35,381 nt of DNA, taken from an uncultured Muribaculaceae bacterium (lineage in GTDB: Bacteria > Bacillota_I > Bacilli_A > RF39 > UBA660). A program made the position numbers and the translations under genes. Shown here piece by piece: positions 28,216 to 35,381 of this stretch. Each line of letters starts with the position of its first letter. Positions within the stretch are counted from its first letter, which is position 1. Under the pieces are notes generated by a model. The model searched no databases. It worked only from the letters and a program-made list of their open reading frames with translations, and had not been told where the DNA came from. The stretch is taken from positions 1 through 35,381 of the forward strand of contig CAYSJY010000002.1 of the NCBI GenBank assembly GCA_964431705.1. Direction: 5' to 3'.

Positions 28216-29461
28216 AAATTGGAGCATTAAGCCAGTTTAGTATTGGCGTTAGTTTGTTTCCTGTATAATAAGCTTTTTTATTTATAACAAGATCAAATTC
28301 TCCTATGTACTCTACTATTTTATTTGCAAGTTCAGTTTTAACTATGGATTCATAATCCTTTTTTAAATCACTGGTTAGGCCACCTAAATCAACTTCCTTA
28401 TATCCTTGTTTTGCAAATGTATCAATTAATTGCCATTTAAGGAAGTATTCTGGATGCTCATCTTTAAAGCTTTCATTTACTCCGGTAGCTAGAAATGTTA
28501 TTTTTTTTCCATATTTAATTATTGCAGTTGCTACTGTTATAATGCCACTTGGATATTGTTGAAACAATCTACTAGCTTCTAACATGTTTTTCTTATACTT
28601 ATTAAGAAGTTCATCTGATTTTAATTTTTCATTCATTAATTGTTCCTTATTTGGGTTATTAAAATCTTGCATTTGCATGTTTAATTCATTATTTCTTTGT
28701 TCTTCTTTTTCAAAAAGTGTCTTACTTGAATTAACATATGAAATTGGTTCTAATTTATTAAAGTATATTTCAAACTGACTTTGCCCAAAGAACTGATAAT
28801 AATCATAGTAGTAATCAATAGTTGGGTTTTTCTTATTTATTATGTTGTGTAAAAGGGATATGTCATTTTGACTTCCCTTGTAAACTTTATTACCCATTTT
28901 AGCAGCATCACTTATTTTGTCTCTTGCTTCTTTGGAAATAGAGTTATAAAGTGAAATTATGTTATTGTCTAAAGTGGTAATTGCTTTCCATCTTGGATTA
29001 TAAGCTTCAAACCCATTATTATAACCCATGTGAATGTAACCTAAACTTTGTAGTTTTTGAACTAAACTAGTATTAGACTCTCCAAACGTATTTTCCTCGC
29101 CATTCGTATTATGCTCTTTATAAACAACTAATGGATCTACCTTTAAATAAGTAAAGTTTCTTTTTGCTAGGAAATCTTTTATTCCATTAGTAAAATTATC
29201 AACTAGTTCTTCATCATTCCAATCTATTAAAAAACCTCTTGGAGCATATCCCATTTTTCTTTTTTCTTTATTATCGTTTTTAACTATCATTAAGGTTGCA
29301 GCCTTTATGTTGCCTGAATCATCAACTAAACCCAAATAATAAGAGTTATGCCCGTGTTTAGTCATTAATCTTCCATAATTACTTGTTTGAAAATAATTAT
29401 AATTAGGATGATTTATTGCAAAACTATCAAATCTTGCTTCGTCAAGTAAAATAATTTGCAT
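28214..29461 (-). CDS. FemAB-family peptidoglycan interpeptide-bridge aminoacyltransferase
   Basis: Two GNAT-like halves with a Q/E/K/N-rich coiled-coil arm between them (EKEEQRNNELNMQMQ...LLNKYKKNMLEASRL). C-terminal DLGGL...EYIGEFDLVINK as in FemX/FemA. AGGAGGGGA SD. Confidence 0.85.
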   Translation of the reverse strand: MQIILLDEARFDSFAINHPNYNYFQTSNYGRLMTKHGHNSYYLGLVDDSGNIKAATLMIVKNDNKEKRKMGYAPRGFLIDWNDEELVDNFTNGIKDFLAKRNFTYLKVDPLVVYKEHNTNGEENTFGESNTSLVQKLQSLGYIHMGYNNGFEAYNPRWKAITTLDNNIISLYNSISKEARDKISDAAKMGNKVYKGSQNDISLLHNIINKKNPTIDYYYDYYQFFGQSQFEIYFNKLEPISYVNSSKTLFEKEEQRNNELNMQMQDFNNPNKEQLMNEKLKSDELLNKYKKNMLEASRLFQQYPSGIITVATAIIKYGKKITFLATGVNESFKDEHPEYFLKWQLIDTFAKQGYKEVDLGGLTSDLKKDYESIVKTELANKIVEYIGEFDLVINKKAYYTGNKLTPILNWLNAPI

Positions 29462-29491
29462 GCTATCCCCTCCTAATTATTCTTATACTTA

Positions 29492-29521
29492 ATTATAACT
29501 CATAACACCTTATAAAGTCAA
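29492..29521 (-). promoter_or_regulatory. Sigma-A type promoter for the FemAB-family gene
   Basis: Minus strand: TTGACT, 18 nt, then TATAAT. Confidence 0.55.
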
Positions 29522-29563
29522 TTAACATAATTTGATAAAAACTTTATTTTAAAGGGAATAAAG

Positions 29564-29572
29564 TGGTATAAT
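29564..29572 (+). promoter_or_regulatory. Extended -10 promoter for eno
   Basis: TGgTATAAT (consensus extended -10), 25 nt upstream of the AAGGAGG-led ATG. Confidence 0.6.
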
Positions 29573-29597
29573 AAAAGAGATAAAAGGAGGATAAAAA

Positions 29598-30827
29598 ATG
29601 AAGATTACTAATGTAAAAGCAAGAGAAATATTAGATTCAAGGGGTAACCCAACGGTCGAGGTTGACGTTATTTTGGAAAATGGTGTAATGGCACGCGCAA
29701 TGGTTCCTTCAGGGGCTTCAACAGGAGAACGTGAGGCACTTGAAATGCGCGATAATGATGCTAGTAGGTATAATGGTAAAGGGGTTTTAAACGCTGTTAA
29801 AAACGTAAATGAAAAAATAAGACCAGTTGTTATTGGGATGGACGTTTTTGACCAATATAGCATAGATACGGCAATGCTTGAACTCGATGGTACTGAAACA
29901 AAAAGTAGCTTAGGGGCAAACGCAATATTAGGTGTTTCTATGGCTGTTTTAAAGGCAGCTGCAAAAGCTAAAGGGATGCCACTTTATAAATACGTAGGTA
30001 ATGGAAAAACTCTACCTGTTCCAATGATGAACATATTAAACGGTGGAGCTCATGCTGATAACAAGTTAGATTTTCAAGAGTTTATGATTATTCCGCAAAG
30101 AAATAATATCCATGAAAGAGTGCGTGTAGGCTCTGAGGTGTTTTACGCTCTTAAAAAAGTGCTAAATGAAAAAGGATTATCAACAGGTGTTGGTGATGAA
30201 GGTGGTTTTGCACCTGATTTAGAATCTAACATGGAAGGTTTTGAACTTATTATGGATGCTATTAAAAAAGCAGGATATGAACCAGGAAAAGACGTAAAAC
30301 TTGCAATTGACGTTGCGGCATCAGAGTTCTATAATGATGGAAAATACAACCTAGTTGGCGAGGGAAAAATTCTTACAACGGATGAATTAATAGACTATTA
30401 TAAAGATTTAATAAGTAAATATCCAATTATATCAATAGAAGACCCAGTAGATGAAAATGATTGGGAGGGTTTTGCTAAAATGACTAAAGAATTAGGAGAT
30501 AAGATTCAACTGGTTGGAGATGATTTATTCGTAACAAACAAAGATTGTTTACAAAAAGGAATTGATATGAAAGCAGGGAATGCGATTCTTTTAAAAGTTA
30601 ATCAAATAGGAACTATAACAGAGACTTTAGAAACCATAAAATTAGCTAAAGAAAACGGATATAAAACTATTATTTCACATCGCTCTGGAGAAACAGAAGA
30701 CACAACGATTGCGGATTTAGCAGTAGGCCTTGATTTAGGACAGATAAAGACTGGGTCTATGTCTAGAACAGATAGAATATGTAAATATAACCAGTTAATG
30801 AGAATTGAGGAAGAGCTAACATATTAG
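29598..30827 (+). CDS. eno: Enolase
   Basis: [42 protein letters not shown] and [12 protein letters not shown]. Confidence 0.97.
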   Translation: MKITNVKAREILDSRGNPTVEVDVILENGVMARAMVPSGASTGEREALEMRDNDASRYNGKGVLNAVKNVNEKIRPVVIGMDVFDQYSIDTAMLELDGTETKSSLGANAILGVSMAVLKAAAKAKGMPLYKYVGNGKTLPVPMMNILNGGAHADNKLDFQEFMIIPQRNNIHERVRVGSEVFYALKKVLNEKGLSTGVGDEGGFAPDLESNMEGFELIMDAIKKAGYEPGKDVKLAIDVAASEFYNDGKYNLVGEGKILTTDELIDYYKDLISKYPIISIEDPVDENDWEGFAKMTKELGDKIQLVGDDLFVTNKDCLQKGIDMKAGNAILLKVNQIGTITETLETIKLAKENGYKTIISHRSGETEDTTIADLAVGLDLGQIKTGSMSRTDRICKYNQLMRIEEELTY

Positions 30828-30836
30828 CTTTTTTTT
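30814..30836 (+). terminator. Rho-independent terminator after eno
   Basis: agctaa-cata-ttagct 6-bp stem (the stop codon is in the 3' arm) followed by T7. Confidence 0.55.
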
Positions 30837-30837
30837 C

Positions 30838-30866
30838 TTGTAATAAAAAACAATAGATTATATAAT
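30838..30866 (+). promoter_or_regulatory. Sigma-A type promoter for the small membrane protein gene
   Basis: TTGTAA, 17 nt, then TATAAT (30861-30866). Confidence 0.55.
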
Positions 30867-30885
30867 ATAAGTAAGGAGGATAATC

Positions 30886-31203
30886 ATGTACGAAAAAGTT
30901 GGAAAAGAAGTAAAAGAAGCATTTAAAAAAACCAAATATGGAAAAAAGACAAATAAACATATGTTAATAGGTGCTATAGCATTTTTAGTGTTTTTAATCA
31001 TAAGTGTTATTTTAACTATCATATTAGATAATAGTTTTTCTATAGATGTTTTTGAGGATAATATAATTTCTTTTAACTTAAATTTAATTTGTTATTTTTC
31101 TTACTTAATTACCGTTATTATTGCTTTAATGTTAGTATATTTAGATGGTAAAAGAGATGGTGCAATTAAGTGTTTTGAGGAAAATTTTGATAAAAAGAAA
31201 TAA
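30886..31203 (+). CDS. Hypothetical small membrane protein (2 TM)
   Basis: Strong AAGGAGG SD, its own promoter, and two hydrophobic helices. No recognisable family. Confidence 0.7.
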   Translation: MYEKVGKEVKEAFKKTKYGKKTNKHMLIGAIAFLVFLIISVILTIILDNSFSIDVFEDNIISFNLNLICYFSYLITVIIALMLVYLDGKRDGAIKCFEENFDKKK

Positions 31204-31208
31204 TGTAT

Positions 31209-31237
31209 TTGATATATTAGATAAATTATGTTAAAAT
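31209..31237 (+). promoter_or_regulatory. Sigma-A type promoter for secG
   Basis: TTGATA (31209-31214), 17-nt spacer ending in TGt, then TAAAAT (31232-31237). It covers the track's ATG at 31236, which supports the downstream start. Confidence 0.65.
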
Positions 31238-31262
31238 GTTATTTAGCGATAGGAGGGTTATC

Positions 31263-31472
31263 ATGCTTACAGTATTAATGGTTGTGTCTGTTTTACTTAT
31301 AATTATTGTACTTTTACAAAGTGGTAAGGCTGAAAGTTCTAACATTATAACCGGTGGTAATGCTGATTTATTTATGAATCGTAAAGAGCGTGGTGGAGAG
31401 CTTTTTATAACTAGGTTGACGTATGTTTTGGGTATAGCATTCTTCATTTTGTGTATAATATTGGACATGTAG
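31263..31472 (+). CDS. secG: Preprotein translocase subunit SecG
   Basis: MLTVLMVVSVLLIIIVLLQSGKAES...GG...ERGGE..ITRLTYVLGIAFF parallels B. subtilis SecG. GGAGGG SD 7 nt before ATG 31263. Confidence 0.88.
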   Translation: MLTVLMVVSVLLIIIVLLQSGKAESSNIITGGNADLFMNRKERGGELFITRLTYVLGIAFFILCIILDM

Positions 31473-31475
31473 TAT

Positions 31476-31503
31476 AAAAAGGCTTGGTTAAAGGCCTTTT
31501 TTT
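31476..31503 (+). terminator. Rho-independent terminator after secG
   Basis: aaaaggc...gcctttt stem followed by a T-run. Confidence 0.6.
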
Positions 31504-31540
31504 GTTTTATAATATATTTAGAAAGATATGGTGATAGTAA

Positions 31541-33676
31541 TTGAAGGATAAAATATTAAGTTTACTTAAGGAAAATAATAGAACTTATACGGCGTTTGAA
31601 CTTAAGGATGCATTAGGTTTAAACACGACTGAGGAAATAAGAGAAATGCTTGATCGTTTAAATGAGTTAGAAAGTAACTTATCTATTTACCACACTAATA
31701 AAGATAAGTACATAGCATTTGAATATAGTCATTTAAAAAAAGGAAAAATAGATGTATCCGAAAAGGGTTTTGGCTTTGTTTTAATGGATGGTGAGGATGA
31801 CATTCACGTTGATAAGGATCATCTAAATGGTGCACAAGATGGTGATATGGTAATAGTTGAGATAACTAATAATAAAACAGGTGCTAAAAAAGAAGGTAGA
31901 GTACTTCGCATTGCCAAAAGACATTATGGTCCGATAGTAGGAGAGTATTCGTCTAACAATGGTAATCCAACCGTCATTGTAAGTGATAGAAAATTCAAAC
32001 AAAAGATAGTCTTAGTTAAGGAAAGTTTAAAAAACGTAGTAGATGGACATGTTGTTTTGTTAAACGTGGTAAAAGAACTTGATCATAATACTATTTTAGC
32101 AGAGATAAAAACAATTATAGGACATAAAAACGACGTTGGAGTGGATGTAGAATCAATTATTTATAAACATGGTTTTTCTCCTAAGTTTCCTGATGAGGTG
32201 TTAGAAGAATTAGATAGTATTCCAGACAGTGTAAAAATTGATGATAAAAAAGGAAGAAAAGACTTAACTGGGGATGTTATATTTACAATAGATGGTGATG
32301 ATACAAAGGATATAGATGATGCTATATCAATCAAAAAACTAGAAAATGGTAATTATGAGTTAGGTGTTCATATCGCGGATGTTTCTTATTATGTTAAACC
32401 TGGAACTAAACTTTATGATGAGGCATATCAAAGAGGAACTAGTGTTTATTTGGTGGATAGAGTTATTCCGATGCTTCCACATAAATTATCAAACGGTATT
32501 TGTTCACTTAATCCAAAAGTTGAGCGATTAGCGGTAAGCTGTGTTATGGAAATAGATGAAAAAGGTAATGTTGTTCATCATGATATCTTTGAAAGTGTTA
32601 TAAAATCTAGAATTCAAATGACTTATAAAAACGTAAATAAATGGCTTAATGAAGGTATTGTAGAAGAGGGATATGCACCATTTATTAATGATTTGTCTCT
32701 TTTAAAAGAACTTGCTGATACAATAAGAAAAAGAAGAGAAAAAAATGGTGCAATTGATTTCGATACTGATGAAGCTAAAATAATTACTGATGATAATGGT
32801 AAACCCGTAGATGTTGTTTTAAGAGAGCATTCTTCTGGAGAGATGTTAATAGAGGATTTTATGATTACTGCTAATGAAACGGTAGCATCTCATATATTTT
32901 ATATGGAACTTCCTTTTGTATACCGTATTCATGGAACACCAAAAGAAGAGAAAGTAAATGATTTTTTAAATTTTATTAGTTCTTTGGGTTACAAAATAAA
33001 TGGTAAGTTAAATGTTAAATACTCAAGTAGTATCCAACATATTTTAAATCAATTAAAAACTAAGAAAGAATATAAAATATTAGTTACATTAATGCTTAGA
33101 TCAATGCAAAAAGCTGTATATCAAACTGATAACATAGGGCACTTTGGTCTTGCAAGTAAGATATATACTCATTTTACTTCGCCAATAAGACGTTTTCCAG
33201 ATACAACGGTTCATAGACTTTTAAAAACTTATCTGTTTAAAGGGGATGAGTCAAAGAAAACAGTTGATTATTTTAAAGATTATTTACCTGTGTTAGCAGA
33301 GCATTCTTCTTTAAAAGAGCGTGATGCTATAGAATGTGAAAGAGAAGTAGAAAACATGAAGATGGCAGAGTACATGATGGATCATGTTGGTGAAGAATTT
33401 ACTGGTATGATAAGTGGGGTTGCGTCCTTTGGTATGTTTGTAGAATTACCTAACATGATAGAAGGTTTGGTTCACATAAGTGATATTAAAGGTGATTATT
33501 ATAATTATGATGAAGCTACCATGAGTTTAATTGGACAAAGGCATAAAAAAAGGTATAGAATAGGTGATGAAGTAACGGTAATATGTAAATCGGCTTCTAA
33601 GGAAGAGTCATATATAGATTTTGAGTTAAAAGAAGAAAGTAGTGATGGAAGTGAAAAAGAAGAAAAGACATCTTAA
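31541..33676 (+). CDS. rnr: Ribonuclease R
   Basis: TTG start with a GGTGAT SD. N-terminal HTH/cold-shock-like domains, RNB catalytic block (FTIDGDDTKDIDDAIS) and a C-terminal S1 domain (FTGMISGVASFGMFVEL). Confidence 0.95.
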   Translation: MKDKILSLLKENNRTYTAFELKDALGLNTTEEIREMLDRLNELESNLSIYHTNKDKYIAFEYSHLKKGKIDVSEKGFGFVLMDGEDDIHVDKDHLNGAQDGDMVIVEITNNKTGAKKEGRVLRIAKRHYGPIVGEYSSNNGNPTVIVSDRKFKQKIVLVKESLKNVVDGHVVLLNVVKELDHNTILAEIKTIIGHKNDVGVDVESIIYKHGFSPKFPDEVLEELDSIPDSVKIDDKKGRKDLTGDVIFTIDGDDTKDIDDAISIKKLENGNYELGVHIADVSYYVKPGTKLYDEAYQRGTSVYLVDRVIPMLPHKLSNGICSLNPKVERLAVSCVMEIDEKGNVVHHDIFESVIKSRIQMTYKNVNKWLNEGIVEEGYAPFINDLSLLKELADTIRKRREKNGAIDFDTDEAKIITDDNGKPVDVVLREHSSGEMLIEDFMITANETVASHIFYMELPFVYRIHGTPKEEKVNDFLNFISSLGYKINGKLNVKYSSSIQHILNQLKTKKEYKILVTLMLRSMQKAVYQTDNIGHFGLASKIYTHFTSPIRRFPDTTVHRLLKTYLFKGDESKKTVDYFKDYLPVLAEHSSLKERDAIECEREVENMKMAEYMMDHVGEEFTGMISGVASFGMFVELPNMIEGLVHISDIKGDYYNYDEATMSLIGQRHKKRYRIGDEVTVICKSASKEESYIDFELKEESSDGSEKEEKTS

Positions 33677-34808
33677 AAGATGGGTAAAAATAGTTCTTAT
33701 AATATTTATAATTTTATTGTTCGTTATAACTTTGTTTTTTGTTTTAAATAAATATAATGAAGAAGAAAACACAAATGATGATGAAAAGGATGATGTAGTT
33801 ACAACAACGAAGCAGGAAGAATCAAATACTATTTCTATGGTAATGGTAGGGGATTGTCTCATTCATCGTTTTGTTTATACTGATGCTGCTTTGGAAGATG
33901 GAACGTATTCATTTTCTAAGATGTTTACAGAAGTTGCATCGCTTATTAGTGGTCATGATTTAGCTTTTTATAATCAAGAAAGTATAATTGGAGGTAAGGC
34001 GCTTGGGTTATCTGCTTATCCTAGGTTTAATTCACCAGAAGAAATAGGGGAAGACATGGTAAGTTTAGGTTTTAACTTGGTTAGTTTAGCGAATAATCAC
34101 ACCATGGATAAAGGTGAGGAAGGAGTTATAAATTCAGTTAATTTTTGGAAAACGCAATCGGGCGTTTATTATAGTGGTCAAGCCTTATCTTTTGAAGATA
34201 GAGAAGATAACATAAAAGTTTTAGAAATAAACGGTATAAAATATGCTTTTTTTGCTTACACCACGGTAACAAATGGACTATTACCTGATGATGGAAAAGA
34301 GTATTTAACTAATATTTATTCAACAGAAAAAGCACAAGCTGATATTGATAAGGTAAAAGATGAAGCCGATTTGATAATAGTTTCAATGCATTGGGGAGAA
34401 GAATATACTACTAATCCTAATACTGAACAAAAACAAATCGCTCAAGAACTATCAGATATGGGAGTTAACTTAATAATAGGAAATCATGCACATTCTGTTC
34501 AGCCGGTTGAAATGATTGGAGATACTTTGGTGTTTTATGCACTTGGTAATTTTATTGCAGCACAAGATACACCGGATAGGCAAACTGGAGCTTTAGTTAC
34601 TTTAAACATTAATAAAGATGATGATGGTAACATTACCTTTAGTGATATTAAAGCTAATTTAATTTACACTTATTTTAATGGTAGTAGCGATTTTAAAGTT
34701 TATCCATATACAGAACTAAACGATAGTCTTTTAAATAATTATGAGTCATATTATAATAAATATAAGGAAGTTTTAACAAGGTACACTGATATAGTAGAGG
34801 TGGAGTAA
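33645..34808 (+). CDS. CapA/PgsA-family membrane-anchored metallophosphoesterase-like protein
   Basis: Basic N-terminus and a TM segment, then [33 protein letters not shown] and YALGNFI (PGA_cap-type motifs). The start overlaps the 3' end of rnr by about 32 nt (ATG 33645, or GTG 33642). Confidence 0.8.
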   Translation: MEVKKKKRHLKRWVKIVLIIFIILLFVITLFFVLNKYNEEENTNDDEKDDVVTTTKQEESNTISMVMVGDCLIHRFVYTDAALEDGTYSFSKMFTEVASLISGHDLAFYNQESIIGGKALGLSAYPRFNSPEEIGEDMVSLGFNLVSLANNHTMDKGEEGVINSVNFWKTQSGVYYSGQALSFEDREDNIKVLEINGIKYAFFAYTTVTNGLLPDDGKEYLTNIYSTEKAQADIDKVKDEADLIIVSMHWGEEYTTNPNTEQKQIAQELSDMGVNLIIGNHAHSVQPVEMIGDTLVFYALGNFIAAQDTPDRQTGALVTLNINKDDDGNITFSDIKANLIYTYFNGSSDFKVYPYTELNDSLLNNYESYYNKYKEVLTRYTDIVEVE

Positions 34809-35251
34809 TGATTGAAATAAAAAATAAGAAAGCTTACTTTGATTATTTTATAGAGGATACTTATGAAGCAGGTATTGTTTTAACAGGTACTGAAATTAAA
34901 TCCATAAGAAAAGGAAGCTGCAACTTAAAAGATACTTATGCAAGAGTAAAAAACACTGAGATATTTTTGATAAATATGTTTGTTGCGCCTTATGAAAATG
35001 GGAACATATTTAATCATGATGAAAGAAGAGAAAGAAAACTTCTTTTACATAAAAAAGAGATATATAAAATAAGGGATAAAGTAAATAAAGATGGTTATTC
35101 TTTGGTACCCTTAAAATTATATTTAAAAAATGGTAAGGCTAAAATATTACTAGGTGTTGCCAAGGGTAAAAAAAATTATGATAAAAGACATGCTTTAAAA
35201 GAAAAGGATATAAAAAAAGAACAAGAAAGAATTATTAATAATAGATTTTGA
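34808..35251 (+). CDS. smpB: SsrA-binding protein
   Basis: [16 protein letters not shown]...[20 protein letters not shown] overlap with the upstream stop. TGA stop. Confidence 0.95.
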   Translation: MIEIKNKKAYFDYFIEDTYEAGIVLTGTEIKSIRKGSCNLKDTYARVKNTEIFLINMFVAPYENGNIFNHDERRERKLLLHKKEIYKIRDKVNKDGYSLVPLKLYLKNGKAKILLGVAKGKKNYDKRHALKEKDIKKEQERIINNRF

Positions 35252-35269
35252 AAAATGATTTTTAGTTGT

Positions 35270-35296
35270 GAGTGTGATAATTATCATACTCATTTT
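35270..35296 (+). terminator. Possible weak terminator after smpB
   Basis: gagtgtgat-aatt-atcatactc stem (one G:U) followed by a short aTTTT. Confidence 0.3.
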
Positions 35297-35381
35297 ATAA
35301 TGTTTATAATATAATAAAAATAGTTAATGTCAATAACTTATGAAAATGTCATAAAAAAACAAATAAATTAACACATGAAAA

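Noticed and set aside
30778-30827. Enolase is ~20 aa shorter at the C-terminus than B. subtilis Eno, which could indicate truncation or a pseudogene.
   Set aside because: All catalytic and metal-binding blocks are intact. The stop is followed directly by a terminator, and the missing tail is poorly conserved. This is most likely a natural short form.
28584-33862. More shadow ORFs: 28584-28778 (+), 29549-29863 (-), 30763-30960 (-), 31226-31468 (-), 33626-33862 (-).
   Set aside because: They are antisense to fem, eno, secG, and rnr/capA. ORF 29549-29863 also spans the eno promoter and SD. There are no translation signals and no recognisable domains.
35252-35381. Expected a tmRNA (ssrA) gene immediately downstream of smpB.
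   Set aside because: The remaining 130 nt are extremely AT-rich, with no GGGG(C/A)UG acceptor start and no tRNA-like 5' end. If ssrA is present, it starts beyond the window.
1-35381. Mollicutes-type genetic code (TGA read as Trp), suggested by the AT-richness.
   Set aside because: TGA terminates conserved genes at their expected ends (the AlkP-family gene at 16985-16987, smpB at 35249-35251). All conserved Trp positions use TGG, and no long ORF needs TGA read-through. Peptidoglycan genes (PBP, murA, femAB) are also present.
1-35381. CRISPR arrays, tRNA/rRNA genes, IS elements, integrases and prophage genes.
   Set aside because: I found no regularly spaced direct repeats, no cloverleaf-capable GC-richer segments in the intergenic regions, and no transposase or recombinase-like ORFs.

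Overview
A visibly AT-rich chromosomal core region from a low-GC Gram-positive (Bacilli/Erysipelotrichia-like) organism. It uses the standard code: TGA acts as a stop (e.g. 16985-16987, 35249-35251) and all Trp codons are TGG. I support 31 protein-coding genes, 29 on the + strand, packed tightly with many stop/start overlaps. They are mostly housekeeping genes: rpoC (5' end cut by the window), tilS-ftsH, a class A PBP (-), ywiB-like/argS/rpoE/prfA, an AlkP-family gene, prmC, spoIIR, mntP, fba, murA, an SGNH hydrolase, rpmE, the str operon rpsL-rpsG-fusA-tuf, a FemAB-family transferase (-), eno, secG, rnr, a CapA-like gene and smpB. I found no rRNA, tRNA, tmRNA, CRISPR array, transposase or integrase. 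Many intergenic regions carry readable extended -10 (TGnTAnnAT) promoters and hairpin plus T-run terminators. The one clearly non-core stretch is about 6.46-10.15 kb. It holds a 666-aa sigma-70 family protein whose region 3 and region 4 HTH are separated by a ~300-aa Lys/Asn/Ile-rich insertion, followed by an overlapping pair of orphan genes (269 aa and ~174 aa) with their own promoter. The block is bracketed by two terminator hairpins that share the same 10-nt arm. This is my best candidate for something undescribed, but the functions are inferred, not demonstrated. Other points worth a second look: Ile replaces the near-invariant Pro of the S12 KDLPGVRY loop; FtsH has a C-terminal Rho_N/HeH-like module; a phosphodiesterase-family gene sits between prfA and prmC; and conserved Firmicute synteny blocks are rearranged (rpoC is 21 kb from rpsL, and there is no hpt, rho, glpX or tal).
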